Positions 37,711-50,526 of a stretch of 64,000 nucleotides of DNA are shown here, piece after piece. Position numbers and translations under genes: made by a program. The notes beneath the pieces are model-generated. The model was not told where the DNA came from and did not search any database. It saw only the letters and a list, made by a program, of their open reading frames with translations. The stretch comes from Mytilus edulis (Eukaryota). Location of the stretch: NCBI RefSeq assembly GCF_963676685.1, contig NC_092347.1:18662001-18726000 (forward strand), read 5' to 3'. Positions within the stretch are counted from its first letter, which is position 1. Each line of letters begins with the position of its first letter.

Positions 37711-39024
37711 AAGTCCTGCGCTGAAGATGTGTAAAGTCTAGCGCTGGAGATGTAAAGTCTAGCGCTTGAGATGTAAAGTCTAGCGCTGGAGATGTAAAGT
37801 CCAGCGCTGAAGATGTAAAGTCTAGCGCTTGAGATGTAAAATCCAGCGCTTGAGATCTAAAGTCTAGGGCTTGAGATGTAAAGTCAAGCGTTGAAGATGT
37901 AAAGTCTAGCGCTGGGGATGTAAAGTCCAGCACTGGAGATGTGTAAAATCTAGCGCTGGAGATGTGTAAAATCTAGCGCTGGAGATATGCAAAGTCTAGC
38001 GCTGGAGATGTAAAGTCAAGCGCTGGAGATGTAAAGTTAAGCGCTGGAGATGTAACGTCAAGCGCTGGAGATATGCAAAGTCTAGCGCTGGAGATGTAAA
38101 GTCAAGCGCTGGAGATTTAAAGTCTTGCGCTGAAGATGTAAAGTCAAGCGCTGGAGATGTAAAGTCAAACGTTGGAGATGCAAAGTCTAGCGCTGGAGAT
38201 GTAAAGTCAAGCGCTGGTGATTTAAAGTCTTGCGCTGAAGATGTAAAGTCAAGCGCTGGAGATGTAAAGTCAAGCGTTGGAGATGTAAAGTCAAGCGCTG
38301 GAGATGTAAAGTCAAGCGCTGGAGATGTAAAGTCAAGCACTGGAGATGTAAAATCTCGACCATCGAGGCCGGCAAACTATAACCTCGGTGAAAAAAATTT
38401 ACGTGGGTGAAGATTTCATCGGGAAGCCGAACGTAAGACCCGTGCGGTCACCGCGGGTTTCTCGACCATCGAATGCCGGCAAAGTATACCTTGGAAAAAG
38501 AAAAAAATTACTACCGCGGGTTTCGAGGAGAAACTACACCTTTGGTAAAAAAATATTACATGGTGAAAAATTTTCATCGGGTAGCCGCACGTAAGAATAT
38601 TGCAGGTCTCTCGATGACAATGGCACCGTCAACGAAGGCAGGCATTGTATACCCTCGTAAGCTGCCTCTTGACGATGCACGTTCTAACCCTAACCCTAAA
38701 CCCTAACCCATCACCGTCGACCTCGATGGTCGAGATTTTACATCTCCAGCGCTGGACTTTACATCTCCAGCGCTGGATTTTACATCTCCAGCGCTGGACT
38801 TTACATCTCCAGCGCTGGACTTTACATCTCCAGCGCTTGACTTTACATCTTCAGCGCTAGACTTTACATCTCCAGCGCTTGATTTTACATCTCCAGCGCT
38901 AGACTTTGCATATCTCCAGCGCTTGACTTTACATCTCCAGCGCTTAACTTTACATCTCCAGCGCTTGACTTTACATCTCCAGCGCTAGACTTTGCATATC
39001 TCCAGCGCTAGATTTTACACATCT
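37711..39024. mobile_element. Foldback-like element: inverted arrays of a 21-bp repeat around a ~370-bp core
   Basis: (gcgctggagatgtaaagtcaa)n at 37711-38355; reverse-complement array at 38735-39024; inner inverted repeat ctcgaccatcgagg / cctcgatggtcgag. Confidence 0.8.
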
Positions 39025-40943
39025 CATAAGTTGTATAATAAAACTATCTATTTAGTTATAAAAAACATATGCATAATTTTTGTTTAATTTGAGATTTTTT
39101 ATGACTTTAATTTCATATTTTGGGAGCATATTATAATTTGTTTAAACTAAAGTTATGTCATTCAACCGGATAATGCAAGAGACTTAGCAAACTGATTGCA
39201 TTTTTTTTCTTCACTCTTATAAAACATACTGTTTGTAATTATATTTTAAATGTTCATGGATCTCTTAAACAAAATATAGTTGAACGAATAATGTTCATAA
39301 TGTTGAATAGGCAATCTAAATCAATAGCAATGCCTTTAAAAAAAATCGACATATTCTGTGGAATATATAGTCTACCTAATGTTCTAATTCTTGTAGACAT
39401 GCACGTTTTACTATTACGCTTTAATTGTGCTTACAATTAGAATTATTCTTACAAAATTGCATTTGTAAAACTGGTCATCATATATGTAATATGCATGCAG
39501 TTGGTTTTCCAAGATTATACTATTATATCGTAATTATCACTTTTCAATACATAATTTTTTATTTTCCCTTCAATTTGAAATATTATCAAGTGATAAACAT
39601 TTCCATAATTATCTTTTGTCATTGCTTATATTGGATAAAGAAGTGTGAATAGTTTCTACTCTTTCTCTAATGTATGTTTACATAATTTAAGTTTTGCAGA
39701 AATTGTAACCATGTTATTTTCCATTTAAGCTCCGCAAAGAGACTCGACATGGGTTAAAGTGTTATTCAAAGTTATAGGTAAAATTTAAAAAAAAACATAC
39801 TGCCAACGCCAATGTAAAACAGAAAACAACAGTATACAAAACAAAACACAGAAAGCAAACTCAAGACTGAGCAACATTAACCAGGAGTGATTTCCTTTTC
39901 TCAGGAAAAGTAAACATATTCTTTTTCGTCGTGTTGCTCCTACAAGGTATGTGAAAAGTTACATCAAGTAATTCATAATCACCCAACAGTGAATTGGTAA
40001 TTGACTCTCATCTAAGCTTAGAAATAACACATTCATAAACCTCTGGTCATGTAAATTTTCTCAACCAGAATCATTACTGAAAACAGAAATATATCTTGCA
40101 CGACAAAGGGTAGACAAGTCTCTTTCACGAACCCTTTAATATACTAGAGGTGATATCAGGTGCTTTTTAAAAGTTAATTAATATATTTAGAGGTCGGTCA
40201 TTTAAAGACGAATCAACCGTATCATATACGTTGACGTATCCGCATCTGCAGACATACAAAAAAAGAGTATGTGATCCCGAGCTTTAATTTTATGTACTTT
40301 CAATAATGCAAATGGGCGAAACTATTCACACTTCTTTATCCAATATAAGCAATGACAAAAGATAATTATGGAAATGTTTATCACTTGAAAATATCTCAAA
40401 TTGAATGGAAAATATAAAATTATGTATTTAAAAGTGATAATTACGATATAATAGTATAATCTTGGAAAACCAACTGCATGCATATTACATATCTGATGAC
40501 CAGTTTTACAAATGCAATTTTGTAAGAATAATTCTAATTGTAAGCACAATTAAAGCGTAATAGTAAAACGTGCATGTCTACAAGAATTAGAACATTAGGT
40601 AGACGATATATTCCACAGAATATGTCGATTTTTTTAAAGGCATTGCTATTGATTTAGATTGCCTATTCAACATTATGAACATTATTCGTTCAACTATATT
40701 TTGTTTAAGAGATCCATGAACATTTAAAATATAATGACAAACAGTATGTTTTATAAGAGTGAAAACAATGCAATCAGTTTGCTAAGTCTCTTGCATTATC
40801 CGGTTGAATGACATAACTTTAGTTTAAACAAATTATATAATGCTCCCAAAATATGAAATTAAAGTCATAAGAAATCTCAAATTAAAAAAAAATATGCATA
40901 TGTTTTTTATAACTAAATAGATAGTTTTATTATACAACTTATG
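39025..40943. repeat. Inverted duplication: arms 39025-39656 and 40318-40943, 661-bp spacer
   Basis: Arms are near-identical reverse complements; mirrored ORFs 39425-39652(+) and 40322-40549(-). Confidence 0.9.
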
Positions 40944-41450
40944 TACATATACTTTTTTCTGAGGAAAATTCTTTAAGTTGTCCACATTTAGAAGAAATTT
41001 TCTCATTTTTAATTGCTTCCTTCCAGGAAGCAATTGTAGACGATTGTATTCGTTCCAGGAAGCAATTGGCTGACACAATTTCCGTATGCATAGTGACCTG
41101 AGCGTAACCCTCCTCGTAAACATCCGGTGATCGCAATACGCATGGATCTGTCATTAAAATAAAAAATTATCTGATTGTACATGTTAAACACGTGCTCAAT
41201 ACCCATGCTTTTTTTTATTTGTTTACTATAAGGTGATAATCGGTAAACTTAAGCTTCAAAACACGGTATTTAATGAGCAGCCATATTTGTTAAATCATAA
41301 CAGACAGAGAGACAAAATGTCGATTAAACGATATATTTGCGTAAAAAATGATAAATTTGTGCACAGAGGACTTAGTTTAAGATATATACATGCATTGGTT
41401 CAAGAATTGGATAAACATTATTTTTCACCACACACTCGTTTCATATGACT
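40863..41450. mobile_element. TTAA-flanked MITE (Kolobok-like), copy 2
   Basis: ttaa|agtcataagaaa ... tttcatatgact|ttaa; homologous to 13598-14158. Confidence 0.85.
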
Positions 41451-41466
41451 TTAATCCCAATACTAA

Positions 41467-42046
41467 AGGAGTAGGTCCGGTAAGGCCCCTTTTTGGCCCA
41501 AAAATATAACAGTTTTACAAAATTGTTAAAATGTAAACTTGTAGTTATTTATTGGACAGATGAATGTTTCTGCTACATAAATATGGGCTGTTTTTGACAA
41601 TACAATGCACATATATCGGGTTGTAGCACCATTAAGTCATGCTAAATTACTGAAATCTTCAAAATTCTATCATTTTAGTTAAATTTTAGACGGTTTCCGT
41701 GTAAAACGATAGTGGCCGCATTCGTGTTCATCCTTAATATTGCAATGTAAGTTGTATTTTATGATAATACATAACATATATACAGGTTGTGGATGAACAC
41801 GGATGCGGCCACTTTCTTTTTTGACAAAACCAATCTGAAAAGTGACGTTTTTTGGCATATTTGAGAGATTTTTCATATTTGAGCTTGAATCGGATCGTTT
41901 TTAATGACTTAATCAGTTAAAATCTTTCACATAAACTAATTGAATCAAGTGAAATAGACACTTAAGTGTTTAAAAAGTGGTCAAAATCTTTCGTCAGATG
42001 AAACTGAAATTTGAGGCCAAAATGAGTCCTTACCGGACCTACTCCT
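41467..42046. mobile_element. MITE (TIR aggagtaggtccggtaagg), copy 2
   Basis: Perfect TIR aaaggagtaggtccggtaagg / ccttaccggacctactccttt. Confidence 0.85.
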
Positions 42047-42292
42047 TTGATACAAGATTACTTTATCAGACGATTTAAAAGCAACATTATGTAAAAAGTG
42101 TTTTATATCCAAAAAACTATAAATTATGATTCACCTGTAAATTAAAAAACCTAAATTATTTCGTAGATGAAAGCTATCTGCTCAAATTATTAGTCAAAAG
42201 ATACGATGGAACTCACAATAATATATATTGGGATAAAATAAAGGGGTATGCTGCAGGTTGAAAATCATTGCTTGTAGTTTCATTATAGAATA

Positions 42293-42470
42293 ATGTGTAA
42301 ACAGCGTAGGGTAGAAGACAGTGATGATGATGTAAATAAATGTTCTGATGATGCAGTGAATGTTGCTATGTCGAATGACACAACCATACTACTAACTAGT
42401 AAGGAGAAGTTAATTGGCACTGTGATAACGATGATAATACCAATTACAACACTAGTTATCATCTTAATTG
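42293..42470 (+). CDS. Gene copy 2, coding exon 1
   Basis: Acceptor tttcattatag ends at 42288, ATG at 42293, donor G|GTAAGT. Peptide MCKQRRVEDSDDDVNKCSDDAVNVA...IGTVITMIIPITTLVIILIG. Confidence 0.8.
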
Positions 42471-42768
42471 GTAAGTCAATTTGACTAGATTATAAGTTCC
42501 TAGGAGAGTTGTAAAACAAAAAGATGATGAACTCAAATGCAAAGCAATTTTGACCAAGAATATGAATAAACTGCAAAACATTAACAATTCTTTTCTTAGA
42601 CTTTATTTGACCTATTTCCGAGTAATGAATACACAGAAGTTGAAAAGACATGATTTGTGTATTCTTTTAAAATAGTTTGTTCTCTCTATATAAGCTCTTT
42701 TAGCTTTTATTGATACAAAATACCAACAGAATCAAACTTTAATTTCAATGAACTTTTATGTTTTTTAG

Positions 42769-42957
42769 GTAACCCTTTTTATCATTTTCAATCAGAGGAA
42801 GTATTTTTGGGACTATCGGATCAGTTAAAGAGTTTATCAACAAAAATGGATACTTGTACTTCATATAAGGGGGTTAAAGAGGCTTATTTCTGCACAGAAC
42901 TAGAAAAACAAAACAGACAACTGAAATCCGAACTTCAAAAAGCATCAGCAGAAAAAG
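42769..42957 (+). CDS. Gene copy 2, coding exon 2: coiled coil (not in the ORF track)
   Basis: Acceptor ttttttag, donor AAAG|GTACTT. Hand translation: GNPFYHFQSEEVFLGLSDQLKSLSTKMDTCTSYKGVKEAYFCTELEKQNRQLKSELQKASAEK, open and homologous to copy 1 exon 2. Confidence 0.8.
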
Positions 42958-45344
42958 GTACTTGATATTTGAATTATAACCTTTAATAATAATGACCAAT
43001 TACGATATAAATGCATTTAAAAAATCATATTACAAACATTATATATCGTTCCTGTGTTTAGTACTATATTATTCTGCTCGTTTTGCTGCGATTCATATAC
43101 TACTCATGTTATGTTGAAAAATATCTACAATATTGTTATTTAAGCAGACTAGCAATATTTTGTTATAATTTTCTCTGTATTTACATTTTGAAAATATTCA
43201 ATATTGTGACTGTTTTCACAGTTTCGAAACAGTTTGTAGAAAGTGGTCTATTGACCTGACACTACAAAAGTAAACAAAGTCTGATGAAAAACCTTTTTGT
43301 TTTAATTTGTCTCAATTTTAACTCGACATTCTCTTTCATACTTTTGAAAAAATTCTTGACAAAGTCTGACTTTGTCTTAAATCAATATTTGATTTTTCAT
43401 GACAACATTTGTTTTTTACAGAATCAACATTTTCTAACAATTTCGCGACACTTACTTAACTATCAGATTTGTTTCTCTATTAGTCTCCGCCAATTCACGT
43501 CTACTATAAGTTTGTAGCGATAAGCCTTAAAAATATTTACATTTTAAGCAAGTGACTGAGCTTAACCATTTGTTTTGATTTGAAAGGTAGAGGACAATAA
43601 AAATGTGTAAAAACTAAGGAGTTATTAAATGTAGAACGTATTATGTGAAAAAAAATATTTTTGTTTACCAACAGGAACCGCATCACAAAAGGATATTTGT
43701 GTTATTCTTATTTACAGAAAATAGAATCAAACTTCGTATCCCAAAAATAGAACCATTTATGAAAAAAAATCTCAGTCTCGAAATGAGACAATATGCATAT
43801 CCAGGTTTACGATATGGACTTCGCTACAGAAGAAAACGTTACCATTGCCGCCTATGAAAAATCAATTAAGCATACTGACCCATTTGTCATGTTAACATTG
43901 AAAATGATGCATGAAAAAAGAAATATGTCTACTGTATTACTATTTAATCATTAGGCAATTATTTATAATATTCAAAATCAACATTTGTAATTATATACAA
44001 ACCCACATTTAAATTGGTTCCTAACAACATACTCAAGTGGATGTGGAATTTTTATTTGTTAATATTCTTAAATTCTCATATTTTTTCTTATAAAAATATT
44101 TGTATGCGCGATATTTGTTTGTGTTGTTAAAAGTGTAACTGGAAATAACAGTATAATATAACATTGAAATAAAGCAAAAGATATACATGGTCATGGTTTA
44201 TAAAGCTAAGAATGGTCGCAATTCAAAATTTTCATAATATGTCAAGCGATGCAAAAAGGAATGTTGAGACATTTCAAAACAGTTTTTGAATGATTGAATT
44301 TGTCAGGAAATTGTAAGACCATATTCACAAGATTGCAAACATGTCCAGTACATTTGATAAAAAAAACTTCTACTTTTGGAGAATGTCAAATAATTGTTCA
44401 AGCAAATTGAGACACAAATTGGTCTTATGGACAACAGTAAGCCATGGTGTTGTCTGGTTATTTTCGAATTACAAGTTTGAATGTCCCTCTGGTATGTTCG
44501 CCCTTCTTTCTGTCCTCAATCTTGTTGGTTAATATTATTCATGGGCCAGGAAAACAGGTTTATAGCAGCATAATTAAACGTTTTGGTTTCAAGCGGTAGG
44601 TCGTGCATGTGTTGAAAATGCAACAATTAAATGAAGTTAAACTATATAATCAAGGTGATGACATTTTGAAAAAAAATATATCTAATGCATTTCAAGATTA
44701 AATTTTAACATAAGCCTTCAAAAGATAAAGATCTGGAATAAGTTTGGTAAAATTGTCACAAAAAAAAATTTAGATGACAAGTAAGATAACAGTCAACAGT
44801 ACTTATAAATAGCTATATTATCAAATGAGAAGACATTTGTATGTTGCTTCTCTTCCTTTCGCAAAAAAGTTTTCATTATGCCTTTGTGTTCTAAAGATAC
44901 CATGCATATTCGCATTTGTCACTCTTGCTTATAATATGCTTATTTATTTTTTTTTGCTTATAGTGTGAGAAAAACTAAAATAAAGGCATCTGGATATTGT
45001 TTCCGTCATCGGACGGTCTTTTTAAGTCAGACAAGACTTCCGTTTTCGACTGTTTATAAATATAGATCAATACAGTGTTTTAGCTATTTACAATCAATTC
45101 CAAGTTTACAATGAACGTCGGTCATATATCATTTAGAGATTGAATTATATGTCTTTTCATAGTATAAAGAAAAACGCGAAAATAATTGATATTAATTGAA
45201 AACGATAGAATAACAGGTTTTAAATAGGGGGAGCTAAAGAAATTGCCTGGTACACAAGTAACTATGACATATGAGACCTTTCCTGAAATGTTCCAGTTAT
45301 TAAATATTTATAAAATTCACCTTACATTAGTTTCAATAAATTAA

Positions 45345-45625
45345 ATAATACTAAATTTAGTATATACGCCAGACGAGCATTTCATCTACAAAAGACTCAT
45401 CAGTGACGCTCGAATCCAAAACAGTTAAAAAGGCAAAATAAAGTACGAAGTTGAAGAGCATTGAGAACTAAAATTCTTAAAAGTTTTGCCAAATACAGCT
45501 AAGGTGATTTATGCCTGAGCAACCACGTACTAAAGGACCGCGATTTTGCAGATGTATTCTAGTGTATGGTTAAATTGTGGAAAATAAACTCATCATAGAT
45601 ACCAGGATTTGATTTTGTATTGACG
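45345..45625 (-). repeat. Decayed HHR-repeat remnant (motif 45366-45409)
   Basis: Same family as 2150-2715; stems II and III mutated. Confidence 0.7.
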
Positions 45626-46304
45626 CAAGAATTGTGTATGTACTAGTAATATATATTGTATTTGAATATTTGAATGTGAAATGTGTACATTTACATGTAT
45701 TTTGTTTTTGTTTGAGTGCCTCAATAAATATAAGAACTATTATCATAGAGTAATCCTCTTTAGATGAAGAACTTGTAATTAAATGATTTTCATAAGTTCT
45801 TCCCTAACTTAAGTTTGAAAAAGTTTACAAATGCTTAATTTCACCAAAAAAAAACAGATTAAGTTCGGAATTGGGGTGCATAATTTTTATCGATCTAGAG
45901 TTGTGTCCGTTTTAGAATGTATGAAATATTAAATCTTTTGGTACCGTTCTCTAACTTTAGTTTACCTCAACCAAATGTTTTGAAACTCACACATTAATTA
46001 CACATTGATTACAATCTAAAATAAACTTTAACTTCGTGACTTCTGCATCATTATTTGGAAGTTGGCTTTTGTGTTTTTGCGAGCGGGAACATATGTGGCC
46101 CATAGATAATTCCTCTGTTTATTTTGAAATAAAATATCTTCAAACGTAACCTATCAATAATGTTCTGTTTATTTATTTCACCCATTAATGCTTCTATAAC
46201 TTAAAGAATCAATTTTAAATTCTTGATTTTTTAAAAGTTTCTCCTACATCCTAACGATACATATGGTATCTCCCATAATTGTGGATTGCAAATTAGTGAC
46301 ATAA

Positions 46305-46475
46305 TTGTTATCAAAGGTACCAGGCTGATTATACGTCAAACGCACGTTTCGTCTTCATAAGACTCACCAGTGACCCTCATATCGAAATAGTTAGAAAGCC
46401 AAACAAGAATACAGTTAAAGAGCATTAAAGACCCAAAGTTCCAAAATATTGTGCCAAATGCGGTGATCTATGCCT
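46305..46475 (-). repeat. Decayed HHR-repeat remnant (motif ~46333-46376)
   Basis: Same family as 34690-35148; core reads CUGGUGA. Confidence 0.65.
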
Positions 46476-46809
46476 AGTTATTGGTCTCAACTTTGATGGA
46501 ATGGCTACTGCCTGAAAAATAACATATTTTTTGTGTAAAATAGCAAACAATCTGATATCATCTGGGATATGCAAAAACGGTCAAATAATATTTTCAAAAA
46601 GAAATCAACACAGTAAACATATAAAGATTTAAGACATTTTTAAAACCAGCATATATATTCAGCACATGAACGTTCATAATTAATATAGTAAACGCTTGGC
46701 CAAGAGAACTATCAATTGTAACTTTGCAATTATTCTCCATTGCATATACCATTGAACATAAGATAATAACAAGGAACCACTACATTTTTTCAATTATGGA
46801 CCATTATTT

Positions 46810-47150
46810 CTGCCTAACTTTAACATGGTCATGGTGTCCATAAAATTTACAAAGTGTCAATTTAAATATTTCCTCCTCATCACTGTTGGAGCAGTTTCTG
46901 CTTAAGGAGCACACTCCTGTATAAGCATTACGAATAGTGTACATATGCAGGAGCCGAATGTTTAATTGAGGTATGTTAACACCGTAAGACGGAGCAGAAT
47001 GTACTTCACTTCTGGTAAAATGGAAATTGATAATTGGAAATTTCGAATTTGATATCAACCCGTTTTTCCAACTGTTTTATGTGAAATCGTCAATCTTTCT
47101 TAATATGAAAGAAAGGTTCAATCAAGGTATGATGCAGTCCGTCTTGTATC
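46810..47150 (-). pseudogene. Penelope-like reverse transcriptase remnant (thumb region)
   Basis: Decayed TASYLD, FPIINF...SAPSYGV.I.QL and LCKFYGHH motifs. Confidence 0.5.
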
Positions 47151-48819
47151 AATAGAATACTTATTTTATCATAAAAAACTACTACATGTGTATTTTATAA
47201 TGCAAATAACAACCTGCATAGGTTGTTTTTGTAAGCTGTTTCTCTTTATGAAACATTTTCAAAGATAATTATTTTTTTTTAACATATACTGGTTCCAAGT
47301 TATTATCTTTATGTTTGATCTCGTAGATACATAACTTAGGAATATCACCAGTAAATATGCATATGCATACAACTCCCATTGAAATATGTGGAAATCATAA
47401 AGTCAAGGTAGCGGTAGTACACATGTTTAGTGCAAGTTTAAACTTTAAGAAGTTCGGGGTATATAAACGTTGAAAATAAGCCGCACAGCCCGATAGTTTG
47501 ACCTTTGAAAGAAATAGTGATGCATTATAACTTTCCATTATAGGATATAGTTTTTTCAAAGCTTCATAGTAAAAGTGGTACTGTTATAACCGTAAAAGGA
47601 GTTTCTATTTGAAATCACATTGTGGATATAATCAGAAATGTATCCTATATTGGGTGAAAAACAGAACATTTCATCAAATCTAGTTTATCTCAGAGATTTA
47701 TAAAACTAACTCAAAAACAAAGTTTTATAAATATTTCATGAAGATTGACAAAATCCTGGGCCTTAACTACGACTACTTTGCATAAATTCACAGTGAACAG
47801 TATGCATAGTTTACTCAAAGCCATACATTCAAAATAAATTCATAATATATGCATGTTTGTAATTTCAATTGTTAAGAAGTGCTTATATTTACTCTTCGCG
47901 GTCATTGAAATTCATAGATTCTTCCTGAATATTATTGGTGGGATGTTTTTGTCCTGTCGTAAATTCAAAAGTAAGCCGTAAAACCAAAATAATTATGCTT
48001 TTTGTGACAGTCGCATAAAAAAAATACAAGCTAGAAATACAAAAATAACTCATCAAATTTTCCAATAGTATGGTTTATCCTAAAAATGTATTAAATTTTC
48101 AATATTGGTAGAAACAGCAGAATAATTTAGGAAATATGTGGCCAAAAAAAAAAAACTGAGAAAAATGCATACCCCTCTGTCATAAAACAAATAACTTGCA
48201 AATGCTATGTTTTGATTACGTTAAAGATCTTTTAATTAGAAAAGAATAACTGTGCTTGGAAGTTATGAGAAATTTAGATGTAAGCAGTCATCTCTATAAA
48301 ACATTTTGTGAATTCATACATCAAAACTGGTATCTTCATACAGACAACAAATACAAATATGACTTTGTTCAAACACTTCTAGTTCATATATTAACTAACT
48401 TTTGTTAGATACATGGCAAGAGATGATACTGTTGTTACAAGATTTTTAAATTCACCATTTGAGGCAAAAATTTGGAACTTTCATTCACAAAAAGGTTTAC
48501 AGCAAGATGTTAACAAGAGATATAGGCAGGATTGGATACTTGATATATTCTTCCCTGAGGTATCACCAGCCAAGTGGTCAGCACTTCGGTGTTGACATGA
48601 ATAACAATTATATGGTAAATTAAGTATATTTCCTGTTGACAAACTTTCATAAATCAGGATTTTCTTATCCCAGGAATAGAGAATAGACTACCGTAGCTGT
48701 ATTTGGCATAACTTTTTAAAATCTTGGTAAATAACTAATATCTGTGCATATTATCTTATATTTGAACTTTAATATGTTAATTGAACATACTTTGAGAATG
48801 TGACTATCTTCTTTTATAG

Positions 48820-49652
48820 ATACCATTACATGTGACGATTCAGATTATAAAGAAAATGTTCCACCTAGATTTGTTTGCCTCTCTGCGACCAGTACAAACA
48901 ACCTTTATAAATGCGTCTTTGGAAATAGAAGCCTATCATCTCAATTTACAGACAAAATAAATATCATCATAAGATTTAAATTATTATACCCAGAAATAGC
49001 GGATGACGGTAAAATATTTCTCGAGTTTGGTCTTACCACGTTAACTTCTAGTCGTCGAGATATCATTGTCAGAGGCCAAAGATGTATAGAGAAATCCGGA
49101 TTATGTTTGTATGTATTAGATGACATATGGACAAAACTAGAAGACGTTGCATATGAACAGATGTCCGAATATGTACAAGTAGGAATAACACTTGAACTCC
49201 ACCAATCAAACTTTGTTCTTCTTTCGAACAGTGCAAACATTTTCATATCAAAGACGTCAAGTAGTTTATCTATTGACAAACTATATCCAGTGTTTGGATT
49301 TTACAATACACACCTAATTAACATTTCACAAACAATTTTTTCCAAGAATGATATAAGCTTCGACGGAACTACTGTTGATCCTCACCTATTCATTTCTAAA
49401 GATAACATTACTTTATCGACTTACCAGTTGCTTAGAGAACAAAATTATTCAAGTTATTTTTGGGAAAGTGTTCTGTCGTGCATTACTATAGCAGGATTTA
49501 TAGTATGTATTTATTTACGGTGGTGGGTAATGAAAAGGCGGGAAAATAATACGGACACAATTGCAAGTATCTATGAAAATTGTTATTTATATATAAGAAG
49601 ATTAGGAATGAGTACCAATGAGTCAACTCTCCATTTCAATCATCATTTTTAA
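48820..49652 (+). CDS. Gene copy 2, coding exon 3: SPRY/B30.2-like domain, TM helix and tail
   Basis: Acceptor cttttatag|AT. Reads DTITCDDSDYKENVPPRFVCLSATS... in frame into ORF 49107-49652. Spliced CDS 178+189+833=1200 nt, 399 aa. Confidence 0.8.
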
Positions 49653-50526
49653 AAGTGAATTAATTAGTCTAGGTCAAAGTACGGTCTTCAAAACGGGGCA
49701 TTGATTCAAACCGAATAGCCATCTATAGACCAGTTAGCTGCAAATAAACAATTGCCGTGTTATTTTTATACTAATAATTAAATTTGTCTCGTAATGTTAT
49801 AAAAAATAACGATACACAGCTACATTATACTGCATATCAACAACAATTTAAAAGATTTCCATGTGCCCACCTTGTTTCTATAATATCCGTTAAAGACAAA
49901 AAATTTGAAAAGTAAACACAATATTTATTTGGCTTAGATATAAACAAATACAGAGAAAACAATATCAGTTTAGCTAAAATAAAAATAAGATAGATTAAAT
50001 AGGAAGATGAGTAATGGGTGGCAATTAGAAGTTATGAACTATAGGTCACTGTACGTATGGCTGAGTTGCAGTCTTAGCTCTAGCACAATAACACTATTTC
50101 ATAATTCAAATAATGAAAAGAAAAAAAACACTACTTAAAATAAAGGTTTCGTTAATTGCAGATGATACTTTGGCATAGATTGTCATATATATTTGATTCT
50201 CCATCATGTCGAATGTTAAAATTTGCAATATATTGTTGATTCGTCACTGACATATATAAAGATTTCATGAATAGTTGGGTTTTTTTGTAATAGTTTAAGT
50301 AGTTCACACTTGTTCCGAATCATAATGATCTCCTTACTGAACATATGTTTTATACATTGAATCTTCCCCATCAAAATTATGGCTTTATGAAAATAATAAA
50401 GACTCGAAAAGGTTCACAACTAATTTGATGAACATAAATGATTCACACTGAAATGATGTTTAGATCAGGCTGTATGCAATTGATAAACACCTAATTCCAT
50501 TTAAATTCGAATAGTACATATATATA

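Noticed and set aside
38684-38709. True telomere or chromosome-fusion scar
   Set aside because: Only about four imperfect units, embedded in an element core.
37709-38860. LDFTSPA and LTLHLQR repeat proteins
   Set aside because: By-product of a 21-bp minisatellite; frames break at 23-bp variants and are open on both strands.
39425-40549. Two-copy 75-aa gene on opposite strands
   Set aside because: TTG-initiated AT-rich ORF mirrored only because of the inverted duplication.
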